The notes beneath the pieces are model-generated. The model was not told the DNA's origin. It saw nothing but the letters and a program-made list of their open reading frames with translations, and did not search any database. The translations under genes and the position numbers were made by a program. A stretch of 64,000 nt of DNA from Promethearchaeota archaeon (GTDB taxonomy: Archaea; Asgardarchaeota; Lokiarchaeia; Sigyniarchaeales; SOKP01). Shown here piece by piece: positions 28,607-38,920 of this stretch (positions within the stretch are counted from its first letter, which is position 1; every line of letters starts with the position of its first letter). Location of the stretch: positions 135,966 through 199,965 of the forward strand of contig JAUWGH010000006.1 of the NCBI GenBank assembly GCA_030606485.1, written 5' to 3'.

Positions 28607-28803
28607 TAAAAAAGAAAAAAGGCTACAGAATTATCTACAGTTTGAAATATTTCCGAGATTAATTTTAAAAACTTTCAAATCAATTGAAAAAATATTTGTT
28701 ATTTCTTTTTTTATATCTGAGAAAAAGTTAATAATAATTAAAATTAAACAATAAATACTTTAGAAAATTTTATATTTCCAATTATTTTGAGTAAGAGAAT
28801 ATT

Positions 28804-29751
28804 ATGAATTATAAGGAAATAAAACGAGTTTTAGTTGTAGGGGCAGGCACAATGGGTCATTCCATTGCACAAGTATTTGCTCAACATGGAATTGAAGTTG
28901 ATCTGATTGATATAGATCAATCAACATTAGAACATGCTCTTAACTTAATAAAATCAAATTTGGAAATATTAGCAGAATTTGGACGCGTGTCAAATGATGA
29001 GATTTCGGAAATTATTGAAAGAATTCATCCCTCAACCAATCTCATAACTGCCGCTCAAAATGCGGATTATGTTATAGAAGCAGTGAACGAAAATCCGGAT
29101 ATAAAGAAGAAAGTTTTTTCACTATTAGATAAAAATTGCTCTGAAGATATAGTATTGGCAAGTAATACTTCAGGACTAGATATTTTTAGCATTGTAGAGG
29201 TTAAAAAACCTGAAAGATTAGTAATTCATCATTGGTTTTGTCCCCCCCATATAATTCCACTAGTTGAAATAGTGCCAGGACCTAAAACACCTCCAGAACT
29301 GATTTCTTTCTCTGTTAAATTCATGGAAAGCCTTGGTAAAAAGCCAATAGTATTGAAAAAGTTTACTCAATTATTTATTATCAATCGAATTCAAGGTGTT
29401 TTAAATCTCCAAGTTTATGAAATGATAGCAAAAGGCTGGATAACTCCCGAAGAAATTGATCTCGCAGTGAAAACTAGCTTGGGTATTCGATTACCAATTG
29501 TAGGTTTAGTTCAGACTCAAGATTTTACAGGACTTGATTTAATTCTTGATGTTCAAAAAAATATGCGTATGAATCGTAGATATCCTCAAGTGGAGAATTT
29601 AGTAAAGCAAGGAAGGCTTGGTATAAAAACTAACAAGGGTTTCTATGATTATGAAGGACGGAGTGAAGAAGAAGTCCTTAAAAAGAGAGATAGACAATAT
29701 TTAAAAATGCTAGATTTTCTTGAAAAAATAAACGCCTTTGAACCGGTTTAG
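28804..29751 (+). CDS. 3-hydroxyacyl-CoA (3-hydroxybutyryl-CoA) dehydrogenase
   Basis: Rossmann VLVVGAGTMGHSIAQ. Central SNTS and HHWFCPPHIIPLVE motifs typical of the HBD/HADH family. Confidence 0.85.
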   Translation: MNYKEIKRVLVVGAGTMGHSIAQVFAQHGIEVDLIDIDQSTLEHALNLIKSNLEILAEFGRVSNDEISEIIERIHPSTNLITAAQNADYVIEAVNENPDIKKKVFSLLDKNCSEDIVLASNTSGLDIFSIVEVKKPERLVIHHWFCPPHIIPLVEIVPGPKTPPELISFSVKFMESLGKKPIVLKKFTQLFIINRIQGVLNLQVYEMIAKGWITPEEIDLAVKTSLGIRLPIVGLVQTQDFTGLDLILDVQKNMRMNRRYPQVENLVKQGRLGIKTNKGFYDYEGRSEEEVLKKRDRQYLKMLDFLEKINAFEPV

Positions 29752-29757
29752 TAATTT

Positions 29758-30243
29758 TCAATCCTTTTTTTCATCAAGAAACACATATTTCTTATCCAAA
29801 AAGAATTTGGTAAGATAACCAATACTTAGCGCAATAATAAGACTAATCTCAAGTGGTGTTCCAAAGAAATTAGTAAAAATAAATTGAATTCCAATATTTT
29901 CTATAGTAGTTAGAATCGCAAACAAGAAATATTTTATAAATTGTTGGGATGTTTCTTTAATCTCCATGCTTTTCTTCTTAAACACATAAAATTTATCCAA
30001 GAAAAATTTAATAATATAAGTAATTCCAACGGCTATTATTGAACCTACTAATTCAGGCATATTGTATGGATCTGTTGAGCAATATAATGTTTGGATTAAA
30101 TTAATTTCACTGAGATTAGCACAAATAAACGGTGCTAACCATATCTGATTAATTTTTTGGATTAAATAATTAAGACCAATCATTAAAGCAGCAAAAATAA
30201 AATAATATAACATTTGTTTTTTAATTCCATTTTCTTCTTCCAT
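29758..30243 (-). CDS. GtrA-family membrane protein
   Basis: 161 aa, 4 TM. The duplicated KFFLDKxYVF motif matches the GtrA repeat signature. Confidence 0.55.
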   Translation of the reverse strand: MEEENGIKKQMLYYFIFAALMIGLNYLIQKINQIWLAPFICANLSEINLIQTLYCSTDPYNMPELVGSIIAVGITYIIKFFLDKFYVFKKKSMEIKETSQQFIKYFLFAILTTIENIGIQFIFTNFFGTPLEISLIIALSIGYLTKFFLDKKYVFLDEKKD

Positions 30244-30258
30244 AAAATTCCTCTCTTT

Positions 30259-30579
30259 TTATATTAATTTTGCACCGCAGTAGGGACAAAAACGTAAATT
30301 CAATTCTTTTATTTCATTTCCACAACTAACACATGTAAGATAATCTAATTCAGTAGATGATTCTTTCTTTTTATATTCAGGACTTTCAGGGATTTCTATT
30401 TCCTCAGTTTGCTCTGTGCTTTCAAACTCAGATTCTCCTCTATTACGAGAAGAAGAAGGCAAACAACAAATCAATGGAAAAAATAAAATAAAGGGAAAAT
30501 TCAGATTAAATATGAAAAGTAGAATTATCATTAATATTCCAATTGATATAAATAATATTAATCTCGCCCGATAATTCAT
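30259..30579 (-). CDS. Membrane-anchored zinc-ribbon protein
   Basis: N-terminal TM, acidic linker, C-terminal CVSCGN...CPYCGAKL. Confidence 0.5.
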   Translation of the reverse strand: MNYRARLILFISIGILMIILLFIFNLNFPFILFFPLICCLPSSSRNRGESEFESTEQTEEIEIPESPEYKKKESSTELDYLTCVSCGNEIKELNLRFCPYCGAKLI

Positions 30580-30591
30580 TTCTACCCCATT

Positions 30592-31191
30592 TTAACTTTT
30601 TATCTTATCTTTCCAAGCATCCTTTCTCATTTTTTCATCTTCTATATATTCATCATCCGATTTTTCACTGACTTCTTCCAATTGAGATTTTTTGGGAATT
30701 GAGAAAAATGGGCTCTGGGAGGTACTTTGAGCATGCCATAGCGAGGTTGATTCAATTCCTTTTATTTTTCTATATACCAATCTAATTAAATATGATACGC
30801 CAAAAATACTAAAAGATGTTAATATGTATAATCCTGCCCAACCATCTCCAAAGAATAAAACTGGAAAAAATATCAATCCCGTTGAATAATCTGCATAGAT
30901 TATTCCTAAAATTGCCCATAACACCCAAAATGTTATACAACACACACACATTGGAATCATTTGCTTTACCATCATTTGTTTCATTAATCCCATATATTCT
31001 TTCTGTAATCTCTTAAATTCCTCGGCATCTCCCATAGTTTGATTTAATCGTTTTTGCATCTCTTTTGTTTTTTTTATAAATTCTCTCCTTTCTGAAGCTG
31101 ATTGACCGAATATTTTATTAAACACGAATCGACTGAAATAAACAATTATAGTTATCAGCACAATTTGTAAAATTATTATTTCATTTGCCAT
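30592..31191 (-). CDS. DUF106 / EMC3-TMCO1-Get1-like (archaeal Oxa1-superfamily) membrane protein
   Basis: TM1, then a basic coiled coil (KKTKEMQKRLNQ...FKRLQKEYMGLMKQMMVKQMIPM), then two more TMs. This arrangement and the Met-rich helix are typical of DUF106. Confidence 0.55.
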   Translation of the reverse strand: MANEIIILQIVLITIIVYFSRFVFNKIFGQSASERREFIKKTKEMQKRLNQTMGDAEEFKRLQKEYMGLMKQMMVKQMIPMCVCCITFWVLWAILGIIYADYSTGLIFFPVLFFGDGWAGLYILTSFSIFGVSYLIRLVYRKIKGIESTSLWHAQSTSQSPFFSIPKKSQLEEVSEKSDDEYIEDEKMRKDAWKDKIKS

Positions 31192-31291
31192 CTATTTAAT
31201 CACTTAGTAAAATAAATCCATATATAAATTAAATTTTAGTAATTTACTTTTAAACTAAACATAATAAGATTAATTGGGATAAGAAACTCAC

Positions 31292-32332
31292 TCATCTTAA
31301 ATTTCCCCTCAAATAAGCTGATATATACTTCTCATATAATAACTTAAGACTCGTCGGTATTGAAGTAGCGATCGCGCATCCTAATCTGCATCCATTACAA
31401 AAATCATAATCATCATGTTTTTCCATAATTTCATATACTTCTTTAGATCGATATATTTTAGAGAGAGGTATCTTTAAGGCATTTAAATTATATAATGGGT
31501 GAAGCTTGCAGGGATAATCTACTTTTCCATCTTGTCTCACAAAGATGTAAGATCTGGCAACATGACACCTTAGAAAATTTTGATAATATGCTGGAGCGCC
31601 ACCAAATCCTCCATTTTCTATTATCAACACTGTATAGAGGTCAGTTACCATATTAGAATATTTCTTTCGTAATTTTAAGACATTAGAACCCCATATATTT
31701 ATATCTGGAATAAAATCATTAATATTTTCTATTCTATAAGCCTTACCATTAATCTCCCGTGTAATATCTTCAACGGGTAATATTTCTATTGTACAATTTA
31801 AATCGTTTGCTAGAGAAACCATATCTTCCATCAAATCAAGATTTTCTTTCATAACAACAGTAGAGATAATCACATTTATTCCTCTATCTTGGGCAATTTT
31901 TATTCCTTCAATTGCTTTATCAAATACTTTAAGCCCCCGATATCTATCATGTAATTTTGCATTAGGAAAATCAAGTGAAATCAATATATAATCTAAACCG
32001 TCAAAAGGATATTTTTTAAGCAATTTTGGTAATAAAAAACCATTTGTAGCAACGCCTGTATAAAAAGAATAATTCTTTCCAATATATTTAATAAGATCTG
32101 GTAAATCCTTCCTTAATGTTGGCTCCCCTCCAGTAAAAGAAACTGAATTTACTTTTAATATGTCCAATTGTTCAATTATACTTTTTATCTGTTCCGTTGT
32201 CATATCCCGCCCTAAGGCAGATTTTGGAATTGAATGTAACGTACAAAAAGGACATTTACCGTTACAATCTAGCGTAAGTTCAACTTGGGCGCTGTATGGA
32301 GTCGGTATATTAAGAAGATTGTTTTTTACCAT
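31292..32332 (-). CDS. Radical SAM enzyme with C-terminal Cys-rich (SPASM-like) region
   Basis: CNGKCPFC (CxxxCxxC), SFTGGEPTL, C-terminal CNGCRLGC. Confidence 0.75.
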   Translation of the reverse strand: MVKNNLLNIPTPYSAQVELTLDCNGKCPFCTLHSIPKSALGRDMTTEQIKSIIEQLDILKVNSVSFTGGEPTLRKDLPDLIKYIGKNYSFYTGVATNGFLLPKLLKKYPFDGLDYILISLDFPNAKLHDRYRGLKVFDKAIEGIKIAQDRGINVIISTVVMKENLDLMEDMVSLANDLNCTIEILPVEDITREINGKAYRIENINDFIPDINIWGSNVLKLRKKYSNMVTDLYTVLIIENGGFGGAPAYYQNFLRCHVARSYIFVRQDGKVDYPCKLHPLYNLNALKIPLSKIYRSKEVYEIMEKHDDYDFCNGCRLGCAIATSIPTSLKLLYEKYISAYLRGNLR

Positions 32333-32671
32333 ATTCTTGATATATCGAAACCAATTAACTTTTTTAGCTGGAATACTACTACTTTCCTCTAATTTTATAA
32401 ATAGATATTTCTTTCAGTAATGAATATCAATTATTCAATTTGACTATATAAAATTACCAAATTTCATAAATTTTTTTATTAATAACTACGTTCATTTGAA
32501 ATTAATCTTTTTTTGTAGTTTTTGAACTAATAGAATATAATATATGTACAAAAAAAGGTTTGTACGTATCATTTAAAAAAAGATTTGATCACAGAAATAT
32601 TTTTTAACACCCAAAAATATTATATTATGCAACCATAAAATTATTCTAAAATTTTTATATGGGGGATGCAT

Positions 32672-32803
32672 ATGGGCTCAATTATGCCAAAAGACAAAAA
32701 AAAATATATTTCAGAGACAGATTTTTATAAAAATGTTCAAAAATATATCTCATCTGAAAATAAGGAGGGAATTAGAAAGAAAAAGAAAAAAACTGAAGAA
32801 TAA
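32672..32803 (+). CDS. Possible small Lys-rich protein (below the ORF-track cutoff)
   Basis: My translation is M(HM)GSIMPKDKKKYISETDFYKNVQKYISSENKEGIRKKKKKTEE*. A GGGGG run lies just upstream of the ATGs at 32666 and 32672. Weak support only. Confidence 0.2.
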   Translation: MGSIMPKDKKKYISETDFYKNVQKYISSENKEGIRKKKKKTEE

Positions 32804-32933
32804 TTTAAGTCGAATAAAAAAAAGGTGGCTGATTTTAATCTGTTTGCTAATGAAAATCTATAAAGTTTTTTTATTTTTATTTTAATTTACTAAAACTTAT
32901 AATTTTTTCACAATTCATTTTATAGAAGAATTA

Positions 32934-34754
32934 ATGGATGACGGGTTTAACTATAAGCAAATTTTTTTAAAACGAAGGGACAGATTTCTTAGTAAAGATT
33001 ATAAATCTAGCTTAAGGCAAATTCTTTCGTATTTATGGATTTATAAAAAATTATTTATCATCACTCTTATTCTTGGAATTTCCCAATCAATTTTATTTTT
33101 AACTCTCCCGTTATTTTTAGGGCCAGCAATGGATATTATTACTAATCCTGCTATTCCGTTAGAGAATATTTTTCCATTATTTTGGCTCATGTTCGGTTTG
33201 CAAATGATAACCGGGGTTATTTTTGGAATTAGAATTTACATCAATAGATGGATTGGAGCAAATATAATTTATAATTTAAGGAATGACTTTTTCTCAACTA
33301 TTCAAATTATGTCTTTCGGATGGTTAGATAAAAATAAAACTGGAGAATTAATTTCAAGAGGTATTTCGGATATAAATTTATTGAAAGAGTTTTTGGCAAA
33401 TAACTTGCAATATTTTATTCGAAGTGCTTTTACCTTTTGTTTTAGTTTTGTTATTTTATTCTTTATAAATGCAGAACTGGCTTTTTATGTCTTAGTAATT
33501 TCACCGGCACTACTTATCGTGCTTATTATTTTTAGAAAAAAGTTGCGTCCTGTTTTTAAAAAATCCAGAGAGACATATGCTGATTTAACGCATTTTATAC
33601 AAGAAAATATTCAGGGTGTCCGTGTTGTTAAATCTTTTGGACGAGAAAAATATGAAATAAAGAAATTTAAGAAAGTCAATAATCAATATTTTAATGATTC
33701 AATGGGGATTATAAAGCTACAAGCATTATTTGACCCAATTATTTATGTAATTGATAATATTGCCTTTCTAATTGTAATTCTATTGGGAGGACTATTTGTT
33801 ATTGATGGCCAAATGACATTTGGAGATATTTTCTCATTCATCATGGTTATGAATTTTTCGATTGAACCCCTCTATTTTATTAGTAGATTTATTGGTAACT
33901 TACCTCAAATATCTGAAACTTGTGACCGTATAACTCTTGTTTTTAACTCAGAAGTAATCGTAAAAGAGAAACTGGACGCGATTGAAATGCCTCCCATTAA
34001 AGGACAAATCGAATTTAAGAATGTATATTTTTCCTTTGACCAAAAAAAAGAAATAAATGGACGTTATGTTCTAAAAAATATTAATTTAAAAGTAAAACCC
34101 GGTGAAAATATAGCCATCTTGGGAGCTACGGGAAGTGGAAAATCAGCGTTTGTAAAGATGCTTCCAAGGTTTTACGAAGTATCTAAAGGTAGTATATCAA
34201 TAGATGGTATTGACATAAGAGATGTTTCATTTAAATCTTTAAGATCCCAGATAGGGTATGTAAGCCAAGAAAGATTGTTATTTTCAAGGACTATTAAAGA
34301 AAATATAGCGTTTGGTAAGAGGGATATTCCTTTTGAGGATATCAAATATGCCGCTGACGCGTCGGATATAAATGAATTTATTGAAAGCTTAACTGAAAAG
34401 TACGATACAAAAGTCGGAGAACGAGGGACAACAGTATCGGGGGGCCAAAAACAAAGGTTAGCAATTGCAAGAGCTATTGCAATTAAACCAAGAATCTTAA
34501 TTCTTGACGATGCAACCTCAAGCGTAGACGTAGATACAGAATATGCAATTCAAAAACATTTTAAAGAAGTTTTTAAGGGAACCACTGTCTTTTTAATAAC
34601 CCAAAGATTAAGTTCGGTTCGAAATGCTGACAGAATTATAGTTTTGGATAAAGGACAAATCGTGCAAATTGGAACTCATGAAGAATTGATGGACCAAGAT
34701 GATGGAATTTATAAAAAGCTTTATTTAACTTTAAAAATTGAGGAGAGAGCTTAA
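32934..34754 (+). CDS. ABC exporter, fused permease/ATPase (MsbA/MDR type), subunit 1
   Basis: Six-TM N-domain. Walker A GATGSGKSA, signature VSGGQKQRLAIARA, Walker B ILILDDATS. Confidence 0.9.
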   Translation: MDDGFNYKQIFLKRRDRFLSKDYKSSLRQILSYLWIYKKLFIITLILGISQSILFLTLPLFLGPAMDIITNPAIPLENIFPLFWLMFGLQMITGVIFGIRIYINRWIGANIIYNLRNDFFSTIQIMSFGWLDKNKTGELISRGISDINLLKEFLANNLQYFIRSAFTFCFSFVILFFINAELAFYVLVISPALLIVLIIFRKKLRPVFKKSRETYADLTHFIQENIQGVRVVKSFGREKYEIKKFKKVNNQYFNDSMGIIKLQALFDPIIYVIDNIAFLIVILLGGLFVIDGQMTFGDIFSFIMVMNFSIEPLYFISRFIGNLPQISETCDRITLVFNSEVIVKEKLDAIEMPPIKGQIEFKNVYFSFDQKKEINGRYVLKNINLKVKPGENIAILGATGSGKSAFVKMLPRFYEVSKGSISIDGIDIRDVSFKSLRSQIGYVSQERLLFSRTIKENIAFGKRDIPFEDIKYAADASDINEFIESLTEKYDTKVGERGTTVSGGQKQRLAIARAIAIKPRILILDDATSSVDVDTEYAIQKHFKEVFKGTTVFLITQRLSSVRNADRIIVLDKGQIVQIGTHEELMDQDDGIYKKLYLTLKIEERA

Positions 34755-36695
34755 ATGCCAATGAAAAAGGGGAAAACAATAATCAATAACGATGAAGAAT
34801 ACATAAGAGAAATGAGTACTCTCCAAGTTGTTAAACGACTGTATGGCTATATAGGTCTTGGTAATCGAAAATATATTTATATTTTTATTATTGCAGTCTC
34901 ATTTAACGCCTTATTTAGTTGGTTTACTCCATTATTGTTCAAAATTTTTATTGATGAAGGAATCGGGGGTGGATTAACTGGAACAGCTGGAGATGTAAAT
35001 GTAATTTTATTGGCAGGAACATTATTCTTCATTTTTACTATATCAGGTGTTTGTATCCGTATCATTCAGAATTACATAATTCAAAAACTTGCTACAAAAA
35101 CAATGTATAATCTAAGGTCTGGTATCTTTAATAAATTACAGTTTCTTGGATTGGATTACTATGATGGGAAAGATGAAAGAACTGGGAAATTCAGAACAAC
35201 TGGGAAAATAATTAGTTATGCTACAAGTGATGTAAATACTATTCAAGAATTGATTGGTTCAGGAATGTTGATGGTTATAGGAAATTTCTTTTTGGTATTT
35301 GGAGCTTTGATTTTCATGATTATCTTAAGCCCTCATTTAACATTATTCTCTTTTTTACTACTTGTACCAATTTTTATAACTGCTTCGATTGTATTTAGAA
35401 AAGCTAGAAAATATTTTAAAGAATTAAGGGAAAGAGTAGCCATTGTTAATAGTGTATTAGATGAATCAATTATAGGTATGCGTATTATTCAATCTTTTGC
35501 AGTTGAAGAGGAAAACTTTAGCGAGTTTAATAAAGCCACGTATAATGAAATGGAAATATCCTTAAAATCAGCAAAATTGTTTGCGTTTATCCCAGGAATT
35601 ATTATTTTAACAATGACAATAGGAATTGGTTCATTAATCATAGCATCTGGCTTTTTAGTACGTCAGGGATTATTAACTCCAGGGACTATTGTTGCATTTA
35701 TTTTTTATCTGTTCACATTTTTTGAACCAATATTTCAGTTAGTTGGTTTCTTTACATTATTACAAAATTCTATAAGTGCATGTGAAAGGATTATTCGATT
35801 ACTCAATGCAGAACCTTCAATCACTGATAATGAAGTAGCTATGGATACTGATGATATTAAAGGAAAAATTGAATATAGAAATGTGAATTTCGAATATGAA
35901 GAAAATACACCTATTTTAAAAAATATTGATATTACTATAAGAGAAAAAGAAAGGTTAGCACTTGTTGGTTATACAGGTGCTGGAAAAACTACTTTTATTA
36001 AATTAATAAGTAGATTTTATGATACAACTAAAGGAGAAATTTATTTAGATGGTTTAAACCTTAGAGATATCAAAATCAATTCATTAAAAGAAGCAATGGG
36101 TATTGTTTTACAAGAAACTTTTCTCTTCTCAGAAACAATAATGGACAATATCAAATATGGGAAATTAGACGCAACTGATGAAGAAGTAATTGAAGCTGCA
36201 AAAAAAGTTAGCGCTCATGAATTCATTATAGAATTAGAGGATGGATATAACACAATAGTGGGAGAACGTGGAAGTAGACTCTCTGAAGGACAACGTCAAT
36301 TAATTGCTTTTGCGAGAGCTCTTATTGCAGATCCCCCAATCTTAATTTTAGATGAAGCTACCAGTTCGGTCGATCCATATAGCGAACTACTAATCCAACA
36401 AGCATTGGAAACATTGTTAAAAGGAAGAACATCCATTAGTATAGCTCATAGATTATCTACAATTATTAACGCAGAGAGAATTCTTGTATTAGATAATGGA
36501 GAAATCATTGAAGAAGGAACACATGATGAACTAGTGAAAAAAGATGGATTCTACAACCATTTATACAAAATGCAGTTTAAAGATCCCTTCAAAAAAGAAA
36601 AATATGATGAAGAAGATAATGTTTTGAAGGAAATTGGCCGATTAGGCCCTCAAGATCTGGATCGTAGAAGAGGAGGATTTGGGGATTTATTTTAA
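34755..36695 (+). CDS. ABC exporter, fused permease/ATPase, subunit 2 (heterodimer partner)
   Basis: The start abuts the upstream stop. Walker A GYTGAGKTT, signature LSEGQRQLIAFARA, Walker B ILILDEATS. Confidence 0.9.
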   Translation: MPMKKGKTIINNDEEYIREMSTLQVVKRLYGYIGLGNRKYIYIFIIAVSFNALFSWFTPLLFKIFIDEGIGGGLTGTAGDVNVILLAGTLFFIFTISGVCIRIIQNYIIQKLATKTMYNLRSGIFNKLQFLGLDYYDGKDERTGKFRTTGKIISYATSDVNTIQELIGSGMLMVIGNFFLVFGALIFMIILSPHLTLFSFLLLVPIFITASIVFRKARKYFKELRERVAIVNSVLDESIIGMRIIQSFAVEEENFSEFNKATYNEMEISLKSAKLFAFIPGIIILTMTIGIGSLIIASGFLVRQGLLTPGTIVAFIFYLFTFFEPIFQLVGFFTLLQNSISACERIIRLLNAEPSITDNEVAMDTDDIKGKIEYRNVNFEYEENTPILKNIDITIREKERLALVGYTGAGKTTFIKLISRFYDTTKGEIYLDGLNLRDIKINSLKEAMGIVLQETFLFSETIMDNIKYGKLDATDEEVIEAAKKVSAHEFIIELEDGYNTIVGERGSRLSEGQRQLIAFARALIADPPILILDEATSSVDPYSELLIQQALETLLKGRTSISIAHRLSTIINAERILVLDNGEIIEEGTHDELVKKDGFYNHLYKMQFKDPFKKEKYDEEDNVLKEIGRLGPQDLDRRRGGFGDLF

Positions 36696-36731
36696 ATTTT
36701 AAAAATATTTTTACAAAAAAGAATTAGAAAT

Positions 36732-36995
36732 ATGGCAAAAGAAGAATTGACTAATAATATTAAACATTTCCAAAAACAAATTGATAACTACATATTAATT
36801 AGAGAAAATAAATCTCAGTTTAATAAAGATAAAGCATATCATTGTAAAAATTTAAAAAAGTTATTAGAGATATCTCCCAAATTTATTAAACATTTAAATG
36901 AAGAATATAAAGAAAAATTGACCATATTAAACTTTTTTTATGTAGATAAGTGTTTGGGGCCAGTTATTAAGGTCGACCCCAGAAAATATGGATAA
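36732..36995 (+). CDS. Hypothetical small protein
   Basis: 87-aa ORF with no recognised motif. Confidence 0.3.
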   Translation: MAKEELTNNIKHFQKQIDNYILIRENKSQFNKDKAYHCKNLKKLLEISPKFIKHLNEEYKEKLTILNFFYVDKCLGPVIKVDPRKYG

Positions 36996-37160
36996 TTTTA
37001 CTGTTCCAATAAAACTTAGGAGATTTTTTTTATAAAATTTATTTTGTTTTAATTTTTAAAATTTAGCTCTTAAGAACAACATTTAATTTTTTTAGTAAAC
37101 TTGAGTACTTAATCTTATAAACAAAAAAAAATAAAAAAAAAAAAACGAATGTGAAATATA

Positions 37161-38420
37161 ATGGGGAAATTAGCTAGAAAAGTCGCTCTTGTTGGAGCGG
37201 GTACGAGTAAATTCGGTCAAACCTTTCCATTAAGGCGAATCCCTGAACACTGGACTGATGCTTGGTTAAATGCTGTTGCAACTGTAGATAATGGAATCGA
37301 ACCTAAAGATATTGAAGCATGCTATGTTGGAAATTATTCGGCTGATTTATTTAATCATCAAGGTCATTTAGGTCCAATGATATCATCCCTTGTCGGTTTA
37401 AATCCAAAACCAGCACCAAGATTTGAGGGAGCGTGTGCAAGTAGTGGAATAGCCATGAGACAAGCGTTAATAACAATCGCTTCTGGATTAATGGATGTGA
37501 TTTGTGTTTGCGGGATTGAAGTAATGACTGAAGTTCCGACGGTGGGTGTAACTGACGCGCTTGCAACTGCTTCAGATGTATCTTTTGAATATACAGCTGG
37601 TGCAACTTTTCCGGGTTTATATGCGGCCATTGCTTCAGCACACATGCATAAATATGGAACCACTTGGGAAGACTTCATGAGAGTAGCTATTAAAAATCAT
37701 ATTAATGGTAAAGAAAATCCTTTTGCACAAATGCAAAGAAGCATTAAAGATCTAATGGAAAGAAAAATAGCAAAAATAAAAGGAGCTGGAGGAGAAGTTC
37801 CTGATTGGAAGGATGAATTTGATTATTTAAGAAGTCCTTCTAACCCTCCGATTGCGTGGCCTCTTTATTTGTTTGATTGTTCTTTAGTAACAGATGGTGG
37901 TGCTTGTCTCTTTTTGGCATCTGAAGATGTGGCTAGGAAATTTACGGATACTCCAATTTGGATTACTGGAACTGGTCAAGGAAGTGCTGCAATAGCAATG
38001 CATGATCGAACAACATTAACAGCATTAGAAGCAACTGTTGAAGCTTCAAGGCAAGCCTATAAAATGTCTGGCAGAGGCCCTAAAGATATGCAGATTGCTG
38101 AAGTCCATGATTGTTTTACAATTGCTGAGATTTGCGCAATGGAAGATTTAGGCTTTTATGAGAAAGGGAAAGCGGTTGAAGCTATAAAAAATAAAGATAC
38201 TTATAGAGATGGTGTTAAACCTATCAATACTTCTGGGGGTTTAAAAAGTAAGGGGCATCCAGTAGGAGCAACAGGTGCTGCACAAGCCGTTGAAATATTT
38301 AAACAAATGAGAGGTATAGCAGAACGCGATAGACAAGTAAAATTTGATGTAGAAATTGCAATGACACATAATTTGGGAGGTTCAGGAGGAACTTGTGTTG
38401 TTCAAATCTATGAAAAATAA
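37161..38420 (+). CDS. Archaeal-type thiolase (acetyl-CoA acetyltransferase, SCP-x-like)
   Basis: Active-site region FEGACASSG, C-terminal HDCF and NTSGGLKSKGHPVGATG...GGSGGT. Visibly higher G+C than its neighbours. Confidence 0.9.
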   Translation: MGKLARKVALVGAGTSKFGQTFPLRRIPEHWTDAWLNAVATVDNGIEPKDIEACYVGNYSADLFNHQGHLGPMISSLVGLNPKPAPRFEGACASSGIAMRQALITIASGLMDVICVCGIEVMTEVPTVGVTDALATASDVSFEYTAGATFPGLYAAIASAHMHKYGTTWEDFMRVAIKNHINGKENPFAQMQRSIKDLMERKIAKIKGAGGEVPDWKDEFDYLRSPSNPPIAWPLYLFDCSLVTDGGACLFLASEDVARKFTDTPIWITGTGQGSAAIAMHDRTTLTALEATVEASRQAYKMSGRGPKDMQIAEVHDCFTIAEICAMEDLGFYEKGKAVEAIKNKDTYRDGVKPINTSGGLKSKGHPVGATGAAQAVEIFKQMRGIAERDRQVKFDVEIAMTHNLGGSGGTCVVQIYEK

Positions 38421-38434
38421 AAGGTGATAAAAAA

Positions 38435-38860
38435 ATGAGTGAAAATGAAAATGAAATAACGATTAATAATTATTTAAAATATCTTTCAGAAGGAAAATTA
38501 ATGGGTTCAAAATGTAAAACTTGTGGTCAGATTGACGTTCCCGCCAGAAAATTATGCAGTAAATGCATAAAACCTGAAACTGACTGGATAGAAATGTCAG
38601 GAAAAGGAAAAATAGCCGCTTTTACAAGCATTAATGTAGGAACTCCATATTTTGTGAAAAAAGGATATGATAGAAAAAAGCCCTATGTTTTTAGCATTAT
38701 TAAACTAGATGAAGGACCCATGGTCTCAGCACAATTAGTCGGTGTTGATGAATCTCATCCAGAAACCATTAAAGTTGAAATGCCTGTAAAAGTAAAATTT
38801 CTAAAAGTAGAAATAGAAGGGCTTCCTGAAAAAGTTGATTTAGGATTTGAACCTGCATGA
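38435..38860 (+). CDS. DUF35 OB-fold / zinc-ribbon protein (thiolase partner)
   Basis: CKTCGQ...CSKC rubredoxin-like ribbon followed by an OB-fold segment. AGGTGA lies upstream of the ATG, immediately after the thiolase gene. Confidence 0.85.
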   Translation: MSENENEITINNYLKYLSEGKLMGSKCKTCGQIDVPARKLCSKCIKPETDWIEMSGKGKIAAFTSINVGTPYFVKKGYDRKKPYVFSIIKLDEGPMVSAQLVGVDESHPETIKVEMPVKVKFLKVEIEGLPEKVDLGFEPA

Positions 38861-38920
38861 AATCTTAGAAAACCAAAAATATATTTAAAATTATAATTTT
38901 CTTTCTATTTTTATTATCTG

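Noticed and set aside
37351-37678. Two antisense ORFs (96 and 104 aa) opposite the thiolase gene.
   Set aside because: The thiolase region is more GC-rich, so stop codons are rarer on the opposite strand. The translations have no motifs, and the sense gene is unambiguous.
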